This document shows, one piece after another, positions 17,296 through 22,135 of a DNA stretch of 22,135 nt. The notes below the pieces were generated by a model. It saw only the letters and a list, made by a program, of their open reading frames with translations. It was not told where the DNA came from and did not search any database. The stretch is from an uncultured Aquificales bacterium. GTDB taxonomy: Bacteria > Thermosulfidibacterota > Thermosulfidibacteria > Thermosulfidibacterales > Thermosulfidibacteraceae. The translations under genes were made by a program, and so were the position numbers. The stretch lies in assembly GCA_964411615.1 (NCBI GenBank), contig CAYPLO010000027.1:1-22135 (forward strand), read 5' to 3'. Each line of letters opens with the position of its first letter. Within the stretch, counting starts at the first letter, position 1.

Positions 17296-18206
17296 GGAGA
17301 CTCTTTCTCTTTCTCGGTAAGGGCGGAGTGGGTAAGACAACCTCCTCTGCCTCCCTTTCATTCTGGCTGGCAGAGAGGGATTACAGGGTCCTGTGGGTTT
17401 CCGTGGACCCTGCCCACAACATAAGGGACATCGTTGGGAGGGAGTTGGCTGGTGTTCAGAAGGTCTACAGGGGCCTTCACGCCGTTGAGGTGGACGTTGA
17501 CGCCTATGTTGCCTCCTACATAGAGGAGAGCATAAAGCGGATGGAGCGTATGTACAGGCATCTGTCCATCGTTGGACTTGAGGGGGTTATAAGGGCCATG
17601 AGGCACTCTCCGGGCATGGAGGAGGTGGCCATACTCTATGCCCTTGAGGAGCTGCTGAGGGACGCGGACCCCTTTGACTACGTTGTGGTGGATACACCTC
17701 CCACCGGGCTTACCCTGAGGATTCTGGCCATTCCCAGGCTCAACATGGAGTGGCTGAATGTGCTCAGGATGTGGAGGCTGAAGATTCTTGAAAGGAGGAG
17801 CATGGTGGCCTCTGTTAGGGGCAGAGATGCCTTTCCCGAAAATGTGGCCCTTGGCGCAGAGGATGATATGGTGCTTGCCGAGATAAAAGAACACATGGAC
17901 AGGATGAGGGGCATGATGGAGCTCTTCGCCGGCCCTTCCTGTGTGAGGGTGCTTGTGGTCAATCAGGATGCCCTCTCTGTAAGGGAGGGAGAGAGGATAG
18001 TGGATGGACTCAGGGAGCTGGGGATGGGGGTGGACCTGGTCCTTGTGAACAAATTCGGGATGCTTCCCCACTCTAAGGGGAACCTTTCCGAAACTCTAAA
18101 GGGCCTTGATAAAGTGGAGCTTCCACTCATAGAGGGCAAGGCCTCCCTTGAGAGGGAGGATTACCTGAAGATAGCGGAGCGCTGGGCTGAAAGGGTAATC
18201 TCCTGA
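17292..18206 (+). CDS. Single-domain ArsA/Get3(TRC40)-family SIMIBI ATPase
   Basis: Deviant Walker A GKGGVGKTT, switch I SVDPAHN, SPGMEE, switch II DTPPTG, VLVNK; 304 aa. Confidence 0.92.
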   Translation: MRRLFLFLGKGGVGKTTSSASLSFWLAERDYRVLWVSVDPAHNIRDIVGRELAGVQKVYRGLHAVEVDVDAYVASYIEESIKRMERMYRHLSIVGLEGVIRAMRHSPGMEEVAILYALEELLRDADPFDYVVVDTPPTGLTLRILAIPRLNMEWLNVLRMWRLKILERRSMVASVRGRDAFPENVALGAEDDMVLAEIKEHMDRMRGMMELFAGPSCVRVLVVNQDALSVREGERIVDGLRELGMGVDLVLVNKFGMLPHSKGNLSETLKGLDKVELPLIEGKASLEREDYLKIAERWAERVIS

Positions 18207-18829
18207 TGATGGTCTCATCCCACCTCTTCTGGGGATTCGTGGTCTTTAGCCTTGTTGCCGTCTGGTTCTTCTACAGGGGGGTGAAGCTCAACGTGAGAAG
18301 GGCCAGGGAGGTGGCGGAGGTCCTTGAGGAGGCCCTGAACCCTGAGGATAAGCTCTACACCTGGCTTGGTGGTGTTATAGGCTTTTCGGCGGACTACAAG
18401 GTGGACGGCTTTGAGAAGGTGCAGCTGAACTTCAGGATGGTGCCAAGGCACGTGCTGTTCTGGGTGCCCATAAATCTTCTCCTCAGAAGAAAGGACAACC
18501 TCCAGGTCCTCTTCTTTCTTAAGATACCGGTGTCCGGGGAGTTCCACGTGGTGAGAAGGGGATACAGACCCAGGATATACAACAGGGAGAGGCTCTACCG
18601 GGAGGAGGGGATGGTGGGCTCTATTCCCGTTGAGTTGCTCTTTGACACGAGAAAGCCCGAGAAGAAGGTGCTATCGCTGGTTGAGAGGGTGGCCGGTATC
18701 TTCAGGCATGTTGCCCTCACCCCTGAAAAGAGGGTATTCTATCTCAGCCTGGATGTTGAGGGGCCGTCTCAGGTTGGAGAGGCCCTTGCCCGTGTAGCTG
18801 GGGACCTCAAGGGATTGAGAAAGCTCTGA
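18206..18829 (+). CDS. Hypothetical protein with single N-terminal TM anchor (possible remote CCDC47/DUF1682-like fold)
   Basis: 207 aa ORF coupled to the ATPase by a TGATG overlap; TM LFWGFVVFSLVAVWFFY followed by basic RGVKLNVRR; codon usage like its neighbours. Confidence 0.8.
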   Translation: MMVSSHLFWGFVVFSLVAVWFFYRGVKLNVRRAREVAEVLEEALNPEDKLYTWLGGVIGFSADYKVDGFEKVQLNFRMVPRHVLFWVPINLLLRRKDNLQVLFFLKIPVSGEFHVVRRGYRPRIYNRERLYREEGMVGSIPVELLFDTRKPEKKVLSLVERVAGIFRHVALTPEKRVFYLSLDVEGPSQVGEALARVAGDLKGLRKL

Positions 18830-18841
18830 GGTGGTGTGGCC

Positions 18842-21800
18842 ATGGGAGACTTTGTCCATCTTCATCTTCACACCCAGTACAGTCTTCTTGATGGGGCCAT
18901 AAGGATAAAGGACCTCTTCCCCAGGGCCTTAGAGCTTGGCTATGACGCTGTGGCCATAACCGACCACGGCAACATGTTCGGGGTTGTCAAGTTCTACCAG
19001 GCTGCCAAGGCCAGCGGTGTGAAGCCCATCATAGGCTGTGAGATGTACGTGGCTCCCGGCTCCAGATTTGAGAAGAAGGCGGGCAAAGGCGGAGCCGATG
19101 CGGCTTATCACATAGTGCTTCTGGCAAAGGACTACACGGGATACAAGAACCTGATAAAGCTGGTCACCATAGGCTACCTTGAGGGCTTCTACTACAAGCC
19201 CAGAATAGATATGGAGGTTCTGTCCCAGCACAGTGAAGGCCTCATAGCAATGAGCGCCTGCCTTAAGGGTGAGATTCCCAGCAAGGTGCTGGCAGGCAAT
19301 ATGGATGGTGCCAAGGAGGCCCTCTACAGGTACCTGGACATATTCGGCAAAGATAACTTCTACCTTGAGCTCATGCGCCACGGCCTTGAGGATGAGGAGA
19401 GGGCCAACGCCGGACTTGTAGAGCTTGCAAGGAGGGAGGGGGTTGGTGTTGTTGCCACCAACGACTGCCACTACCTGTTCCCTGAGGATGCCGAGGCCCA
19501 CGATATACTCCTCTGCGTCCAGACGGGAAAGAGGGTGACCGATACCAACAGGATGCGGATGGACACCGACCAGCTCTACTTTAAGTCACCCTCCGAGATG
19601 AAGGAGCTCTTTGTGGATGTGCCTGAGGCTGTTGAGAACACCCTCGCCATAGCGGAGGCCTGCTCCGTTGAGCTTGTCCTTGGTGAACCCAAGCTTCCCG
19701 TCTATCAGGTGCCCGAAGGGTACACCTTAGACAGCTACTTAGAGAAGCTTGCCAGAGATGGGCTTGAGGAGAGGAGGAGAAAGGGGGAGCTTTCACCAGA
19801 GGTTCCCTATGAAGAGTATCTGAGGAGGCTTGAGTATGAGCTTGATGTTATAAAGAGGATGGGCTTTCCCGGTTACTTCCTGATAGTATGGGACTTCGTG
19901 AACTACGCCAGGAACAACGGCATACCCGTTGGGCCTGGCAGGGGTTCGGCGGCGGGCTCTCTGGTCTCCTATGCCCTTCAGATTACCGACATAGACCCCA
20001 TAAGGTGGGGCCTGCTCTTTGAGAGGTTCCTCAACCCCGAAAGGGTGAGCATGCCGGACATAGACATAGACTTCTGCAAGGAGCGCAGGGACTTGGTCAT
20101 AGACTACGTTCGCCAGAAGTACGGCGAGAAGAACGTGGCCAAGATACTGGCTGTGGGCACCCTCGCCACAAGGGCCGCCGTCAGGGATGTGGGGAGGGCC
20201 TTGGGTTTCAGCCCTTCGGAGGTTGACAGGATAGCCAAGCTCTTCCCCCAGTCTCCAGATATGACTGTGGAGGAGGCCATAAGGATAGAGCCCAGGATAC
20301 AGCAGGAGATGGAGAAGAACCCCAAGGTGAAGAGGCTTGTGGAGATAGCAAGCAGGATAGAGGGTCTGTGCCGCCAGGCCTCAACCCACGCTGCAGGTGT
20401 TGTCATAACCCCGGAGGAGCTCACCGAGTACGTTCCACTTTACAGGAACGAGAAGGAGAACGAGATAACCACCCAGTACGACAAGGACGACCTTGAGGCT
20501 TTGGGCCTTCTCAAGATGGACATGCTGGGGCTCAGGACCCTTACCGTTATAGATACCACCCTGAGGCTCATAGAGGCCTACAGGGGGGAGAGTCTGGACT
20601 TGAGGCACCTTCCCCTTGATGACAAGGAGACTTACCGGTTGCTCCAGTCGGGCAGAACCCTTGGGGTCTTCCAGCTGGAAAGCTCCGGCATGAGGGAGCT
20701 TCTTAAAAGGCTCAGGCCCACCAGGTTCGAGGACCTCATAGCCCTTGTTGCCCTTTACAGGCCCGGTCCCCTTGGCTCCGGGATGGTGGACGAGTTCATA
20801 GACAGGAAGCACGGCAGGAAGAAGATAGAGTACGACCTACCCCAGCTTGAGCCCATACTGAAGGAGACCTACGGGGTGATTCTCTACCAGGAGCAGGTGA
20901 TGAGAATCGCCTCTGAGGTGGCGGGCTTCACCATGGGCCAGGCTGATGTACTGAGAAAGGCCATGGGCAAGAAGAAGAAGGACGTGATGGCCCAGATGCG
21001 GGATAAGTTCGTTGAAGGGGCCGTCGCCAGGGGGGTGGACAGGAACAAGGCCGAGGAGCTCTTTGATAAGATGGCCAAGTTTGCAGAGTATGGCTTCAAC
21101 AAGTCCCACTCTGCCGCCTATGCCATGGTGGCCTATCAGACGGCGTATCTAAAGGCTCACTACCCCGTTGAGTTCATGGCCGCCCTCATCTCAAGCGAGA
21201 TAAACAACACTGAGAAGATATACCTCTATCTGCAGGAGTGCCGGGATATGGGGATAGAGGTGCTCCCTCCCGATGTTAACGAGAGCCATGTCATATTCAG
21301 GGTTGATGGCAACTCCCTGAGGTTCGGCCTTGCGGCAATCAAGGGGGTGGGGGAGGCTGCCGCTGAGGCCATAGTGAAGGCTAGGGAAGAAGGTCCCTTC
21401 AGGGACTTTTATGACTTTTGCAAGAGGGTTGCGGGAAACAAGGTGAACAGGAAGACCATAGAGGCCCTCATAAAGGCAGGTGCCCTTGACGGGTTCGGAG
21501 ACAGGAACGCCCTCCTCGCTTCTCTGGACCACTTCCTTGATGCGGCAACCAGGGAGGCCAGAACGGGAGGGATTCAGATGTCCCTCTTTGACATGGCGGG
21601 GGCCGAGGAGGAGAGGCCTGAGCTTGTGGATACCGCTCCGGCAACCGTTCAGGAGAAGTTAGCCATGGAGAAGGAGGCCCTGGGCTTCTATCTCAGCGGC
21701 CATCCCCTGGACGCCTTTGGGGACCTTCTCAGCAGATACGAGATAAGCAACACCTCTGAGCTTGAAGATAAGGAGGACGGTGAAGAGGTGCTCCTTGCAG

Positions 21801-22135
21801 GAATGGTGGTCTCCATAAAGGAGATAACCACTAGGAACGGGGACAGGATGGCCTTTGTCAACTTTGAGGACAGATACGGAAGGACGGAAGTGGTGGTCTT
21901 CCCCGATGTTTACAGGCAGACGGATATGGTGTTTGCCCTGGATGAGCCCATCATGGTTAAGGGTGTGGTCACCACCGATGCGGCCAACGATGCCAAAAAG
22001 GTCATAGCCACAGGTGCCTACAGGTTACAGGAGGGCGTAAAAGATGAGTCCTTTGAGGAGTCCGTAAGGTGCACAGTTGTTCTTAACGGCGAAGCGGATG
22101 TCCAGCTAGTTGACTGGCTGAAGGAGCAGGCTGAG
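18842..22135 (+). CDS. dnaE: DNA polymerase III subunit alpha (partial, runs off window end)
   Basis: Manual translation: MGDFVHLHLHTQYSLLDGA, ITDHGNMFG, GPGRGSAAGSLV, FERFLNPERVSMPDIDIDF, STHAAGVV, LLKMDMLGL, FAEYGFNKSHSAAY, EKEALGFYLSGHPL. Frame is consistent with the last base (1098 codons). RBS GAGGTGG. Confidence 0.98.
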   Translation, partial: MGDFVHLHLHTQYSLLDGAIRIKDLFPRALELGYDAVAITDHGNMFGVVKFYQAAKASGVKPIIGCEMYVAPGSRFEKKAGKGGADAAYHIVLLAKDYTGYKNLIKLVTIGYLEGFYYKPRIDMEVLSQHSEGLIAMSACLKGEIPSKVLAGNMDGAKEALYRYLDIFGKDNFYLELMRHGLEDEERANAGLVELARREGVGVVATNDCHYLFPEDAEAHDILLCVQTGKRVTDTNRMRMDTDQLYFKSPSEMKELFVDVPEAVENTLAIAEACSVELVLGEPKLPVYQVPEGYTLDSYLEKLARDGLEERRRKGELSPEVPYEEYLRRLEYELDVIKRMGFPGYFLIVWDFVNYARNNGIPVGPGRGSAAGSLVSYALQITDIDPIRWGLLFERFLNPERVSMPDIDIDFCKERRDLVIDYVRQKYGEKNVAKILAVGTLATRAAVRDVGRALGFSPSEVDRIAKLFPQSPDMTVEEAIRIEPRIQQEMEKNPKVKRLVEIASRIEGLCRQASTHAAGVVITPEELTEYVPLYRNEKENEITTQYDKDDLEALGLLKMDMLGLRTLTVIDTTLRLIEAYRGESLDLRHLPLDDKETYRLLQSGRTLGVFQLESSGMRELLKRLRPTRFEDLIALVALYRPGPLGSGMVDEFIDRKHGRKKIEYDLPQLEPILKETYGVILYQEQVMRIASEVAGFTMGQADVLRKAMGKKKKDVMAQMRDKFVEGAVARGVDRNKAEELFDKMAKFAEYGFNKSHSAAYAMVAYQTAYLKAHYPVEFMAALISSEINNTEKIYLYLQECRDMGIEVLPPDVNESHVIFRVDGNSLRFGLAAIKGVGEAAAEAIVKAREEGPFRDFYDFCKRVAGNKVNRKTIEALIKAGALDGFGDRNALLASLDHFLDAATREARTGGIQMSLFDMAGAEEERPELVDTAPATVQEKLAMEKEALGFYLSGHPLDAFGDLLSRYEISNTSELEDKEDGEEVLLAGMVVSIKEITTRNGDRMAFVNFEDRYGRTEVVVFPDVYRQTDMVFALDEPIMVKGVVTTDAANDAKKVIATGAYRLQEGVKDESFEESVRCTVVLNGEADVQLVDWLKEQAE

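Noticed and set aside
17292..18206. Arsenic resistance operon (arsA)
   Set aside because: No other ars genes, single ATPase domain, and no metalloid-binding cysteines.
21071..21120. Possible intein at the DnaE FAEY/xFNKSH site
   Set aside because: Sequence reads continuously KFAEYGFNKSH, and the overall length is normal.
1787..21532. Many long antisense ORFs (e.g. 3736-4809, 6778-8088, 8889-9866, 15279-16208)
   Set aside because: Shadows of well-supported plus-strand genes in GC-rich, codon-biased DNA; no recognisable motifs.
1..22135. CRISPR arrays, tRNA/rRNA, IS elements, prophage or defence genes
   Set aside because: Intergenic gaps are too short, and no repeat-spacer pattern, transposase, integrase or nuclease motifs were seen.

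Overview
A GC-rich bacterial chromosomal window with AGG/ATA-rich codon usage, typical of a thermophilic diderm (lineage not determined). Two minus-strand genes, a partial secreted VDKRFEQ heptad-repeat protein and an amidohydrolase, diverge from a single ~20.8 kb plus-strand run of abutting or overlapping genes: clpC-bamA-skp-lpxD-fabZ-[FG-GAP/VCBS secreted protein]-rpsF-ssb-rpsR-efp-accB-accC-GT9 heptosyltransferase-DegT/WbpE-like aminotransferase-cstA-small membrane protein-ArsA/Get3-like ATPase-membrane-anchored hypothetical-dnaE (partial, absent from the ORF track because it has no stop in the window). No rRNA, tRNA, CRISPR array or mobile element was seen. The most unusual element is the translationally coupled four-gene cstA cassette. 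Its ATPase looks Get3-like (Met-rich helical insert, no arsenic-binding cysteines), and its last gene shows a motif pattern that, by my recollection, resembles eukaryotic CCDC47/DUF1682. That resemblance is unverified. Also notable are a multi-domain beta-propeller protein at the usual lpxA position and a structured, SD-sequestering leader upstream of rpsF.
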